From: Bispira polyomma
Lineage: Eukaryota
Direction: 5' to 3'
Assembly: GCA_965649765.1 (NCBI GenBank)
Contig: OZ287752.1
Span: 87,234,001 to 87,298,000 of the forward strand
DNA: 64,000 nucleotides
Part shown: one piece after another, positions 12,901-27,900 of the stretch
How positions within the stretch are numbered: position 1 is the first letter of the stretch
Layout of the letters: every line of letters starts with the position of its first letter
Notes under the pieces: model-generated
What the model saw: only the letters and a program-made list of their open reading frames with translations
The model's database searches: none
What the model was told of the DNA's origin: nothing
Translations under genes and position numbers: made by a program

Positions 12901-15900
12901 CGTCCCTGTTTTGTGTGATTCAGGTGGAGATTTCCCGTAAGAACAGGAAGTCGTGTCACCACGGAGTTATACAGCAGATCATCATGGATGAAGGGGAGTT
13001 GATGACTGTGGGAACAGACGGATACATCCGGGTAAGTGGGGGAAACATCCGGGTAAGTGGAAACATCCAGGTAAGTGGGGGATACATCTAGGTAAGTGGG
13101 GGATACATCCGGGTAAGTGGGGGATACATCTAGGTAAGTGGGGGATACATCCAGGTAAGTGGGGGATACATCTAGGTAAGTGGAAACATCCAGGTAAGTG
13201 GGGGATACAACTAGGTAAGTGGGGGATACATCCGGGTAAGTGGGAGATACATCCGGGTAAGTGGGGGGAAACATTCAGGTAAGTGGGGGGGGGAACATTT
13301 GGGTAAGTAGAGAGATACATCCGGGTAAGTGGGGGGAAATTCTGGGTAAGTGGAGGGAACATTCGTATAAGTGGGGGATACATCTGGGTAAGTGGGGGGA
13401 AAATCCGGATAAGTAGGGGAAACATCGGGGTAAGTGTAGGGGTAGCCAGGTTAGTCATTATATAGGTGGAATACATCCGGGTAAGTGGGGGAAAACATAA
13501 GGGCAAGTGGAAACATCCGGGTAAGTGGTAGGAACATTCGTGTAAGTGGATACATCCGGGTAAGTTGGGGGAACATTTGGGTAAGTGGATACATCCGGGT
13601 AAGTGTAGGGATAGCCAGGTCAGTGGTTATATAAGTGGAATACAGCTGTTGGACATTAAATGTATTTAAATGCTAAAGGTAGGGGACTGTGAGGGTCTGT
13701 GTCCATATGGCTAAATTATAGAACTCAGGGTCATAATGAAATGAGTTTTGAAAATATAAGATTGAGTCTTCTGGCACATTCAATACATGGCACATGTAGA
13801 GGAGGGTCCTCAGAACTACAGTTACAGTGTCAGGTGGAGTGTTCTCATTCAGGTTTAGGATTCATAATTTTGTCTAAACAATGTATACATACAACAAAAG
13901 ATGAAACACATTGGACTTTGACACTATATGTTCATACCTTGCAGGTGTGGAACTTTGAGACCATTGATACCGCTGATGTGACTATTGACATCTGTGTATT
14001 GAGACTGTTTATAGTACAGGTGTATCATATGTTCATACTTTCCAGGTGTGGGACTTTGAGACCATTGACACAGCTGATGTGACTGATGAGTCGTCTGTTT
14101 TTGAGATGGAACCCATGAATGAACTAAAGGTCGGCACGGGGGTGTCCTTACGCTCTATTGTCAAGTCTGCAGACCCTGAGGAACCGACCATCTGGTATGC
14201 TCAGGTAAGTGGTATTACCATGTGGTGTACTGAGGGGAGTGGTAGTTACCATGTGGTGTACTAAGGTTAGTGATAGTTACCATGTGGTGTACTGAGGTGA
14301 GTGGTAGTTTCCATGTGGTGTGCTAAGGTGAGTGGTAGTTACCATGTAGTGTACTAAGGTGAGTGATAGTTACCATGTGGTGTACTGAAATGGGTGGTCG
14401 TTGCCATGTGGTGTACTGAGGTGAGTTATAGTTACCATGTGGTGTACAGTGAGTTGTAGTTACCATGTGATGTACTAGGATAGCAATTCTCACAGTAACA
14501 TAGTCACATGTCAGTAGTTTCTGGTACATAATACATAACATGCCCCTTCTTACTTGTACTTTCTATAAACTTCAACCTCTTTGTTCTTCACAGGATGCCA
14601 ATGGAGCCATCTGGCGACTAGATCTGTCATTCTCATTCACATCACAAGAACCAGAAAAACTGGCCAAATTCCACTCGGGAGAAATCAAAGGACTGGCGGC
14701 CTCCCCAGTAAGCCACCTGGTGGCCACGACAGGAAACGATCGTAAGATATTCTGGGTCTAAGTATGTGTGGTAATGTAAACCTAGTGTGTGACGTATTGT
14801 AGACTATATCAGATTTGACTGTTTGACATAACATTGTAGATTTTGGTTATAAATAAATGTTTTACACACAATGTCTGTGTTTCAGACTTTGTTTTTGTCT
14901 ACGACTACCTCTCCAAGTCCCAGCTCTGCCGATCCCGTTTTAATGCCGCGGGCACTTCCCTGATGTGGGCGCCTCAGCTTGTAAGTCTTCTCATAGAAAC
15001 GGAGACAGTTGTGTCACTGCTTGAGTTTGTCCAGTACACGGTAAAATCTCTGCAGCAAATTCCTCAATAGTGTTAAGTAGTTCCCACTGTAACATAAGTT
15101 AATTTATAAAAACAGTAAGATTTAGGTAATATAGTTAAGCCGTCAAGTTAAAATTGTTGACCCATTTAATTCTGTAAATATATGAAAACTTAGTATTTCA
15201 TGTTCATCAACTGCCTGATCCCAGAGTCATTTTAACTAATTGATGCACATTTAGACTATTTTATGTGAGTTTTAGTAACAACCATTTTATAAAGCAAGTC
15301 AAAATCTACTTGAAGATCCTCCTTGTTACCAGTACTGACCTGTACTTGCCTGTTGCTCACAGGTGGACCCAAAGGGAGGCACCATTGTAGTGGGCTTTGC
15401 AGATGGAGTCGTCAGAGTTCTTGTCTTCCAGAAGATGGAAGTGGTCGACGTCCACGGCAGGAAGAAAGAGGTGAGTCACATGATCATTTGATGGGTCATA
15501 TGGCAACTGGTTTGGTCACATGATCACTGAGTGGGTCACATGACAACTGGGGGTCACATAGCCGCTGGGTCAGTCACATGTCCACTGGTTGGGTCAAATG
15601 ATTACTGAATTAGTCACATGATCTGTTGGTGAGTCACATGATTACTGGGCGAGTTGCATGGTCACTGGGTGAGTCAAATGTTCACTAGGTGGTTCAAATG
15701 ATTACTGAATTGGTCACATGATCAGTTGGTGAGTCACATGGCACTGGGTGAGTCACATGTCCACTGGGTGGGTCAATTGATTACTGGATTGGTCACATGA
15801 TCAGTTGGCGAGTCACATCATCACTGGGTGAGTCACATGGCCATTGGGTAGGTAACATGATCACTTTGTGGGTCACATGGTCACTGGGTGAGTCGCATGG

Positions 15901-18900
15901 CCACTTGGTGGGTCACATGATTACTAGATGGGTCACATGGCCATTGAGTGGGTCACATGATCACTGGGTGGGTCACATGACCACTTGGTGTAGGACCAGA
16001 GTAAACCCTTACTAAAGTCCTTTTACCTGTATTTGCTTGTACTCATTGTTTCTATGGTAACTGTAGGACCAGAGGGAATTCTTAATAAAGCCCGTTCACC
16101 TGTATTTACTTGTATTCATTGTTTCTATGGTAACTGTAGGACCAGAGTGAACTCTTACTAAAGCAAGCCTTCAAACCCCACAACAAGGAAGTCACATGTC
16201 TGGCTGTGGACAGTAAAGGGGAACTTCTCGCCACTGGTTCTGACGACAACACAGTCTTCTTTTTCAATGTGGGCGACAGTTACGAACCCATCGGGTTTAT
16301 CAAGACTCCCAGTGGAGTGACGCATCTGGAGTTCTCACCGGCCAGTGAGGTAAGTCGTGTTTATGTATGGGGTATGGGTGTGAATTGTGTAATATGTGTT
16401 GTTAGGTGAGTAAATATATTGTCATAACATTGTCATCCAATAAAGCTGAAAAAAAATTCAAAATAGTCTGTGATAAAATAGTGTTTTGTAAACAAATAAA
16501 CTATTAACATATTGTTTTGATCATTCCATAATATCTACCTAACTTCTTTTGAACTAATCTGGACTCCAATCTTTGTGAGGCGCCGTCTTGTGCCCAGTGG
16601 ATAAAGAACCTGCTTCACAATCGCTGACCTCTCACCATTGTGGATTGGAATCCTGTTTGTTGGTCTTGCCCTTGGTCGGTGGTTTACACAGTGTCTTCAG
16701 CACTGGTTTCTTCCATGATTAAATCTGATTGTCCTTTGCCCTTTGAGCTGTTGAAAGTGCTGTAAAAACCCAGGTCAATTCAATTTTGACTCTTTGCCAA
16801 TATGTTGTTTAGTGTTGTGTAGTATGATATTGTGCAGTACAACCCTATAGTTAGTACACCCCTTATAGTCGGTACACCTACTATAACCAGTACACCCCTT
16901 ATAGTCAGTACACCCTCTATAGTCAGTACACCCCCTATACCCCCTATAGTCAGTACACCCCCTACAGTCAGTACAACCCTATAGTTAGTACACCCCTTAT
17001 AGTCGGTACACCTACTATAACCAGTACACCCCCTATAGTCAGTACACCCTCTATAGTCAGTACACCCCCTATAGTCAGTACACCCCTTATAGTCAGGACA
17101 CCCCCTATAGTCAGTACACCTCTATAATCAGTATACCTTCTATAGTCAGTACACCCCCATCTATTTCAGACAAAGAACAAGCTGTTGGTAAGCTGTCGTC
17201 ATGGTGAGGTGTTAGAAGTCAGTGTACCTGAGCCCGGCAAGTTTGACACATCACACACATTTGAGATTACAGGACTGAGCATGAAAAGCCACCAGTTTAA
17301 GAGTGTCAAGTCACATCTCAGGGTGAGTTCGTTGTTTTGTGTTACACGCTAGGTGGATTTGTGTGAACTAGTGGAGGGTTTGTGAACTAGTGGATAAACC
17401 AAGTACTTAGTTAAAAAAATATTAGTAAATAACTATGCATGTTTTGTTACTTGATCCTACTTTTAAAAAGTATTAAGAGAAGGAAAAAATAAATCAGCCT
17501 TCCTGGAAGGAGGGGCTGATTGGGTTGTGCTTTTTGGAAGAAGAGGCCAATTGATTTGTACTTTTTAGAATCATAGTAACAAGGGTTTTGTTTCTGTCTG
17601 TAAATACTGTACAATTACTAACAGTATGAGTGTTCAGTGTGTCACATATCTATACAATGAGTCACATGACTGTACAATGTATTACATGACTGTACAATGT
17701 ATGACATGACTATACAATCTGTCACATGACTGTACAATGAGTCACATGACTGTACACTGAGTCCCATGACTGTACACTGAGTCACATGACTGTACAATGA
17801 GTCACATGACTATACAATAAGTCACATGACTGTACAATGTATCACATGACTGTACAATGAGTCACACGACTGTACAACATATCACATGACTCTACAATGT
17901 ATCACATGACTGTACAATGAGTCACATAACTGTACTATGTATCATATGACCTTTCAGCATGAAGAAGAGCTGGAAAAGAAACGTCTGGAAGAATTAGAGC
18001 GGAAAAAACGTGAGGCGCAGGAACGAAGGCAGCGGATAGAGAGAGGGCTGGAAACAGAGAGTGAACATGGAGACGATCCAGGTAACTATGGTAACAGGGT
18101 GTGGGGACTAGTTAACTATGGTAATAGGGTGTGCGGCACTGGGTAACTATGGTAACAGGTGTGCAGCACTGGGTAACTATGGTAACAGGTGTGCGACACT
18201 AGGTAGCTATGGTAACATGGTGTGGGGGACCAGGTAACTGTGGTAACAGGGTGTTAGACTAGGTAACTGTGGTAACAGGGTGTTAGACCAGGTAACTGTG
18301 GTAACAGGGTGTTAGACTAGATAACTGTGGTAACAGGGTGTTAGACTAGGTAACTGTGGTAACAGGGTGTTAGACTAGGTAACTGTGGTAACAGGGTGTT
18401 AGACTAGGTAACTGTGGTAACAGGGTGATAGACTAGGTAACTGTGGTAACAGGGTGTTAGACTAGGTAACTGTGGTAACAGGGTGTTAGACTAGATAACT
18501 GTGGTAACAGGGTGTTACACTAGATAACTGGTAACAGGGTGATAGACTAGGTAACTGTGGTAACAGGGTGTTAGACTAGGTAACTGTGGTAACAGGGTGA
18601 TAGACTAGGTAACTGTGGTTAAAGGGGTGTTGTACTAGGTAACTGTGGTAACAGGGTGTTGTACTAGATAACTGTGGTAACAGGGTGATAGACTAGGTAA
18701 CTGTGGTAACAGGGTATTAGACTAGGTAACTGTGGTAACAGGATGTTAGACTAGGTAACTGTGGTAACAGGGTGTTAGACTAGGTAACTGTGGTAACAGG
18801 GTGATAGACTAGGTAACTGTGGTAACAGGGTGTTAGACTAGGTAACTGTGGTAACAGGGTGATAGACTAGGTAACTGTGGTAACAGGGTGTTAGACTAGG

Positions 18901-21900
18901 TAATTGTGGTAACAGGGTGTTAGACTAGGTAACTGTAGTAACAGGGTGTTAGACTAGGTAACTGTGGTAATAGGGTGATAGACTAGGTAACTGTGGTAAC
19001 AGTGGATAGACTAGGTAACTGTGGTAACAGGGTGTTAGACTAGGTAACTGTGGTAACAGGGTGTTAGACTAGGTAACTGTGGTAACAAGGTGTTAGACTA
19101 GATAACTGTGGTAACAGGGTGTTTAGACTAGGTAACTGTGGTAACAGGGTGTTAGACCAGGTAACTGTGGTAACAGTGTGTTATACTAGGTAACTGTGGT
19201 AACAGGATGGTAGACTAGACCTGAGTACTTTGTACTAGTACCTGCGTATTTGTACCTTAACCCTGTATACATTGAGATGACCCCTCTGAGTACTTATTGT
19301 GTGTATTTGTACCTTTACCCTGTACACTTTGAGATGACCCCACTGTGTGTATTTGTATTGTACAGAAGAAGAGAAGAAGGAGCCCGAGGAGGAGTGGAAG
19401 CCGTTCATCCCTCAAGAGCCCAGTCCCATCCTGTTTGCTACACGCAGTAACCATAAAGACAGGATCTGGCTTTCAATGGCGGAGTTTGACGCAGGTAACC
19501 AGTAGGGCTGTGAATGGGTAACCGGTGATCGGCACGCAGTTGCATATTTTGTTACTTACATCGGTAATATTGGAGTACTTTGAAACCCATATGCAAACTA
19601 ATAAATATCACCTGTAGTCGTACATCACTTCGTCAAAACAATAACATTGGTCTAATTTGTGCACCCAATTTACGTTTTCCTCGAAATTTCCAACATTCTC
19701 CCATATATTTGGCGTTTATATTTAAATCCGTTGCCATATTGCTAAACTGACTTCTGGGATTGGTTCATACAAAATATCCAAGTATCCGGGTTCGAATCGG
19801 TCTGATGATTGTGATTACTCACCCCGCATTTTTTATTCCAGTCACACCCCTAGTAAGAAGTAGTATGGCTGATGTTCTATGTATGCTGTATATGACCAAT
19901 ATATGAGCTGTATATGATCAATATGTGAGCTGTATATGACTAATATGTGAGCTGTATATGACCAATATGTGAGCTGTATATGACCAATATGTGTGAGCTC
20001 TATATGACCAATATGTGAGCTCTATATGACCAATATGTGTGAGCTCTATATGACCAATATGTGTGCTCTATATGAACAATATACGTGCTGTATATGACCA
20101 ATATGTGTGCTCTATATGACCAATATGTGTGCTCTATATGACCAATATGTGAGCTGTATATGACCAATATGTGTGCTCAATAAGACTAATATGTGAGCTG
20201 TATATGACAAATATGTGTGCTCTATAAGACCAATATGTGAGCTGTATATGACCAATATGTGTGCTGTATATGACCAATATGTGTGCTCTATAAGACCAAT
20301 ATGTGAGCTGTATATGACCAATATGTGTGCTCTATAAGACCAATATGTGAGCTGTATATGACCAATATGTGTGCTCTATAAGACCACTATGTGTGCTCTA
20401 TATGACCAGTATGTGTGCTCTATATGACCAATATGCATGCTCTATATGACCAATATGTGTGCTGTATATAACCAGTTTGTGTGCTGTATATGACCAATAT
20501 GTGAGCTCTATAAGGCCAACTGACCTGGTACTTGATGACTCTTAACTCATCATCCACAGTTGACCAGGGGCCGTATTCACAAACATTCTTAGAATCTTTT
20601 AGTCTCAGCCAATCAACTTGCTTGAGATAAAAATTGAAGACTAAGAATCTTTGTGAATACCATCCTTGGTGGTGCTATTGTCTCCTACCTCTGCGGCTAT
20701 GGGTTCGAGTGTGGGACATGTATGTGAGAACGATAGCAGACCTGCTGAAGGCTGGTGGCTTACGGTACACAAATCTTGACAAAGTGACCTCGACTGGTTT
20801 CCTCCATCAGTGAGCTGCTTTCAGTGTTGAAAAGCAAACTTATAAGTTCTGAGTAAACTAAACCTCCACTAGTATTTAATGAATCTGTACTTTATCTTCC
20901 AAGTTACCTGTATGAGCTGCTTTATCTTCCAAGTACCTGTATGAGTACTTATGTAATCTATTTACCTGTACGAGATGTACGAAATGTTTACATTTTACTG
21001 TGTCTCCAAGGTTACCTGTAGGGGCCGCGGTGGCCTAGCAGTTATAAGTGCCTGCTTCATGATCAGCAGCCTCTTACTAATGTTAGAAAATATGCCGGGT
21101 ACTTGTCGTAGATTTTTAGTGCTGCGGCACTGGCCATCATAATATGACTTAATCTGTGTCAAGTGATGTAAAATACAACTAAATTCTAAGGTTACCTGTA
21201 TTTCCTTGTATCTCCAGGTTACCTGTATTTTCTTGTATCTTCAGATTACCTGTATGAGTATTTATGTTTACTTTGTCTCCAGATTAACTGTATGAGTATT
21301 TACGTTTACTCTGTCTTCAGGTTACCTGTATTAGTATTTGTTTACTTGTCTCCAGGTTACCTGTATGAGTGTGAGTTTATGGACAGTATCAAGAAGGAAG
21401 TGATTCCAGAAGAGGAATGGTACGAGCCTACACGTACAGTACCAGTCAAAGAGTCTAATGATGTGCCCGTACAGTGCATCAAGTACTCGTAAGTAAACCA
21501 CATACAGTGCATCAAGTATTTGTAAGTACATCAAGTAGTCGTAAGTACATCAAGTAGTCGTAAGTACATCAAGTAGTCGTAAGTACTCAGGAAGAGAGCA
21601 TCAAGTACTCGTAAGTACATCAAGTAGTCATCAGTACATCAAATACTCATCAGTACATCAAATACTCATAAGTACATCAAGTACCCATCAGTACATCAAG
21701 TACTCCTCAGTACATCAAATACTCATCAGTACATCAAAAAAACTTTAGTACATCAAGTACTCTCTATTACATCAAGTACTCATCAGTACATCAAGTACTC
21801 CTCAGTACATCAAGTACTCATCAGTACATCAAAAACTCTTTAGTACATCAATTACTCTCTAGTACATCAAGTACTCGTCAGTACATCAAATATTCATCAG

Positions 21901-24900
21901 TACATCAAATACTAGTAAGTACATTAAGTACTTGTAAGTACTCAGGAACAGAGCATCTGTTTGTGGGTTGTGTATGTGTGGTCACTGTGTGGTCAGTGTG
22001 TGGTCAGTATGTGTATTTTGTGTGGTCAGTATGTGGTCAGTGTGTGCGGTCAGTGTGTGGTCAGTGTGAGTATTCTGTGTATATTTTTAGACATGACGGC
22101 CAGTACCTAGTGATGGGGATGCGTGACGGCTCTGTTTGTGTGTTGTGTATGTGTGGTCAGTATTTGGTCAGTATGTGTATTCTGTGTATACTTCCAGACA
22201 TGACGGCCAGTACCTAGTGATGGGGATACGTGACGGCTCTGTTTGTGTGTTGTGTATGTGTGGTTAGTGTGTGGTCAGTCTGTGGTCAGTGTGTGGTCAG
22301 TGTTTGTGTATTCTGTGTATACTTCCAGATATGACGGCCAGTACCTAGTGATGGGGATGCGTGACGGCTCTATACGTATCCAGCCTGTAGTAGACAATGA
22401 CTTGGGTAATGACGCTCCCTACTGGGTCCTCAGCTCACACGACAACAACTACGGACACATCACCCACATTGACGTGTCACATGACGGCAAGTACATCTTC
22501 TCAGTGGGCGGCGACGGAAACTTCTTTGTGTACGAATTTATGGAGGAAGCCAAGATACAGGAGAGGGTAAAAGAAGCCAAGGCAAAGATCCCCTCTGCTC
22601 GGGTAAGAGACATGTAAAAACATTGTAGTTTATGATCAAACCGTGTAAGTACTTTAGTATCACACGGTGCCTAACACCATTCGGGTCATAATGCTGAGCA
22701 ATATATAATTAAAGATGAGTATCTTCTTAACAAACTTTACTAAAACATAATTCCTCAATTTAATTATGTTTTCACTAATGTTTAATGTCTGTAAATGATA
22801 TGTTATACTTAAAATATTGACTTGTTAAATGTTCTGACATGTTTAACTTATTTCATATGGGTAACAGATTAGATTATGAGAAATAACATCTAGGAACTCT
22901 ATTGTTTATTTTCACCCACACCTTCCCAAGTGTTGTGAGGGTGGTTTGTACTACTAGAGACATCAGTAGACTTATAACAGCTAGATAGATATATATCAAT
23001 GTCTATGGTTAAACCTTGATAAGTGGAACCTTCAGAGACTAGGCCAAATACTTGTACTTAAACAGGCTTTCCATTTAACAGTCAATTTAAATTTAAAAAA
23101 TTTGAGATTTTACTCCATACAAAAGGAAAATCGACTTAAGAGACTTCTGCTAAAAGTGGTTTGACTGAATACACTTCTCGGATTGTAATAGCTGTGTTGT
23201 GAGATGTGACAGTATCTATGACATCTGTGTTTGTATTTACAGAAAGAACTTGTTGACAAGGTGGTTTCTGATATCGAGGATCCTAGTGCTTACAGGTGTG
23301 TGTCTTATAGGCTGGTATAACTATGGTCTTATTGTACTATAGGATGGTATAACTATGGTCTTAATGTACTATAGGATGGTATAACTATGGTCTTAATTTA
23401 CTATAGGGTGGTATAACTATGGTCTTAATGTACTATAGGGTGGTATAACTATGGTCTTAATGTACTATAGGGTGGTATAACTATGGTCTTAGTGTACTAA
23501 AGGCTGGTATAACTATGGTCTTAATGTACTATAGGATGGTATAACTATGGTCTTAATGTACTATAGGATGGTATAACTATGGTTTTAATGGACTATAGGC
23601 TGGTATAACTACTGTCTTAATGTACTTATGATATTATCGAATGCTTAATGAATTGGTCATGTTCATCTAGGGTCTATTGCCATTTGCTAATATGTCTGTT
23701 ACTATTAATTAGCAGTAATACAGCACAGTTATAGTCCGTAGTATATGAAGTATTTGGTCATTTGGTTGGTTAACTTTGCTTCAGTCATTGAAAGAAAATG
23801 GCAGACTCGGGTATTTAAGGCAAACTATTTTAAACCATATCTTCCTGTATGGAGAGAGGTGGGGGGGTGGGGGCACTGTGACCTAGTGGTTCTAAACATC
23901 TGCTCTACTATCACTAGCCTCCCGCTTCTGAGGACAGTGTGTTTAACTAACTCACGCTACTTCCTTGTCCGGTACTTGCGGTAGGTCGGTCATTTACAGT
24001 GGTTTCAGCACTGATTTGCTCCATCGTGAAATCTGGCCATCATGATATGACCTAAACTGTTGAAAGGAACGTAAACCCCAAGTAAATACATTAATCAGTA
24101 CATGCGCTTATACTATGCTGTATTCTATTGTATCTTACTCTGTGGCACACTGTATTGTGCCTCGTTAACGATTGAGCCATCTTAAGTTACAGGGTTGCAC
24201 TGTCATTTACTGTGGTGTATAACTTGTACTTTTGTAGTCTATTGTACTGTGCTGTACTGCATTGTACTCTATTGCGCTGCATTTTACTCTATTGCGCTGC
24301 ATTTTTCTATATTATACTCTATTCCAGTATTAAGGAAGCCAAACAGAAGGCAGAACATGACAAGATTGCTGTATTGTAATCTATTCTACTTTATTGTACT
24401 TCGTTGTACCGTTTGTACTCTCTTCCAGTATTGAAGACGCCAAACAGAAGGCAGAACACGACAAGATGGTAAAACTTGCTGAGCAGAAGAAAACGAGTGT
24501 GAGGAAAACAGTGAAAGGGATGAGAGAACAGTTCAGGAAACTGATCGAGAAAAACAACACTCTACCTGAACACCTGAGATTGGACAGGTGAGTAAACAGT
24601 ACAGGTAAATTGCACAGGTAAATAACACAGGTAAACAACACAGGTGAACAGTGAAAGGGATGAGAGGACAGTTCAGGAAGCTTTTAGAAAAGAACAACAC
24701 TCTACCTGAACACCTGAGATTGGACAGGTGAATAAACGGAACAGGTAAATGGCACAAGTAAACAACATAGGTAAACAACACAGATAACCAACACTCTAAC
24801 TGAACACCTGAAACTTGACAGGTAAGTAAACAACATGGGTAAATAACACAGATAAACATGACAAATAAACAACACAGGTAAATAGTGAAAGGGATGAGAG

Positions 24901-27900
24901 AACAGTTCAGGAAGCTGATCGAGAAAAATAATACTCTACCTGAACACCTGAGATTGGACAGGTGAGTAAACGGCACAGTTAAACAACAGAGGTAAACACC
25001 ACAGGTAAATACTACAGGTAAACAACACAGGTAAACACCACAGGTAAACAACACAGGTAAACAACACCTAAGACAGGTGAGTTAACAACACAGGTAAACA
25101 ACACCTGGGACAGGTGATTTAACAACACAGGTAAACAACACCTGGGACAGATGATTTAACAACACAGGTAAACAACACCTGGGACAGGTTAGTGCACATA
25201 TTTAAAAATATTGAGGCTAATGAGTGTCAATGAGGTATCAATGAATGTCAATGAGGTATCAATGAGTGTCAATGAGGTATCAATGAGTGTCAATGCGGTA
25301 TCAATGAGTTGTCAATGATGTGTCAATACCTGTGTTAACAGGAAGGAGTTTGAAATGGACCCTGAGATCAAACGTCAGCTGGCACAGCACACACAGGAAA
25401 AGATAGAAAACGTGAAGAAAGAGATGGCTTGGGAAGAGGAGAAACACCGCATAGCCCTGCATAAACTGAGGATGAGGTGAGATACTTGGGGCACAAACTG
25501 AGGATGGGTCGAGATATTTAAAGCATAAACTGGGGATGAGGTGAGATACTTAGAACATAAACTGAAGATGGGGTGAGATACTTAGAGCATAAACTGAGGA
25601 TGGGGTGAGATACTTAGAGCATAAACTGAAGATGGGGTGAGACACTTAGAGCATAAACTGAAGATGGGGTGACATACTTAGAGCATAAACTGAGGATGGG
25701 GTGAGATACTTAGAGCATAAACTGAAGATGGGGTGAGACACTTAGAGCATAAACTGAAGATGGGGTGAGACGGTGTATCATTCGATTCTATTCTGTTGGT
25801 TATTTGAACTTGTGTGACCTTTGCTCCACAGGTTTAAGGATGTAGTGGAGTGTGAGCGTATTGTGGTCAGGTCTTTCCACTCACCTCACGAGGTCAGCAG
25901 CTTCAGGGCGTCCAAACTGCCAGACGACTTCTACCAGGCTAAAGCGGGACTGGACAAGAGGAGGACCACTATGTACTCCAAGGTAGGGGGTGGTCAGTGG
26001 GTCCATGTACTCCAAGGTAGGGTGGTCAGTGGGTTGGTCAGTGGGTCCATGTACTCCAAGGTAGGGGTGGTCAGTGGGTTGGTCAGTGGGTCCATGTACT
26101 CCAAGGTAGGGTGGTCAGTGGGTGGTCATTGAGTGGTCAGTGGGTGGTCAGTAAGTGGACAAAGGGAGGACTAGCATGTACTGCAAGGTAGGGGGTGGTC
26201 AGTGGGTGGTCAGTGTGTGGTCAGTATGTGTTTAAGAAGAGGACTACCATGTACTCTAAGGTAGTGGGTGGTCAGTGTGTGGTCAGTGTGTGATTAGTGT
26301 GATCAGTGGATGATCAGCGTGTGTTTAGTGTGATCAGGGGGTGATCTGTAGGTGGACAATAGGGGGACAGGCATGTACTCCAAGGCAGGGGGTGGTCAGT
26401 GGGTGGACAGTGGATGGTGGGTGGTCACTGTGTGATCAGGGGTGGTCAGTGGGTGGTTAGTGGGTGGTCAGTGTGTGGTCAATGGGTGGTCAGTGTGTGG
26501 TCAGTGGGTGGTCGTGGGGTGGGAATTCTGTACTCAATTCAGGCACCGACTAAAGTGTTGTGTGTGCAGTTATCTTGTTAAAGTTTCACCTTGCTATGAC
26601 TTGCTGTATAAGAACTATTGCTGTGTGACAGGCTTGCCCAATAACTCGCGATTTTGGTCACTAATCGAAAACGTGTAAGGTTTACATGTACAATCTATAC
26701 ATTATCGCCTATAATCCTAAATCACTTTTACAAAACAATAATTAAGCGTTCCTTGAAAAGGGCGCTTATTTGGTTTCACCTCTGGTTTCCTCGCTGCCGC
26801 CGCTGCCGCATGGTCTTCCTTGAATATCTCCTTCAATATTATCTGCATCAAAATTATTTTTGGCAGTTCTCTTAACCAGGAGTGGGAAATTTTTTTGATG
26901 TTCTTGGCTTTGAACTTTGGCCTACTTAAATGTCAGGTGACCCTGGGGGTGTAAAAGTGCTTGTCACTAGGTTTTCTCAGAAAGTATTCATCATAGCTCA
27001 ATGAAATTTGGTATGTACCTTGGTAAGGCAATTTTCAGGACGGGAGATGGTGATGAGATTAATCGGATGATAATTGACCGATTGCCAACCGATTGATTTT
27101 TATTGCAATGCGAAAAATCGGTACTTTTTTGCTATCTCAGAAACTATTGGGATTTCAGCTTTTTCTTGGTATAAGTTTTTCATCTACTTTTTGATTTTAT
27201 GTATGATGTAAAAATGTCACAGTTCTAGGTCCAGTACTCAATGAGTACTGAGTACTTCAAATGAGTAGTTTGCTCTATTTTGCTCTATCTTGCACTTTTA
27301 TCAACTTTTCTTTTGAAGTACTTGTCATAGTTCAATGAAATTTAGCATTCACGTTGCAAATACCAAAGCATAGATGTCCGTTAATTTTTAGATCAATCTG
27401 GTGATAATTGACTGATTGACAGGGTCGATCAATCATACAAAATGGGGAAAAAAATGTGTTGATTGGTTTTTTTTTTGAGCGTGTGAGGATTTTTTTTATT
27501 TTTTATTTTAGACCAGTACATGCAGCGCATAACTTTTAAAGAATAGCCTGAATTTTTATTTATTTTTTACCCCATCCAAAAATATGTGATCGTTACTGAT
27601 ATAAAACGATTTCAATTTCAAAAATTTAAAAAATTAAGGTTTTTTTTTAAAGCGTCCATTATCTCGGAAACGGTGCTAGATAGAGCGATTTCGAGCTAAT
27701 ATTCGACCCACAGGATTGATTTTGCTTATATGTAAACTTTCACGAAATTTTCAATTTTGGCGGCCATCTTGAATTTCTGCGTCTTTCGAAAATGTCCAAT
27801 ATCTCGGAAACGGTGCTAGATAGAGCGATTTCGAGCTCATTTTCGACCCACAGGGTTGATTTTGCTCATATGTAAACTTTCAAAAAAAATTTCAATTTTG

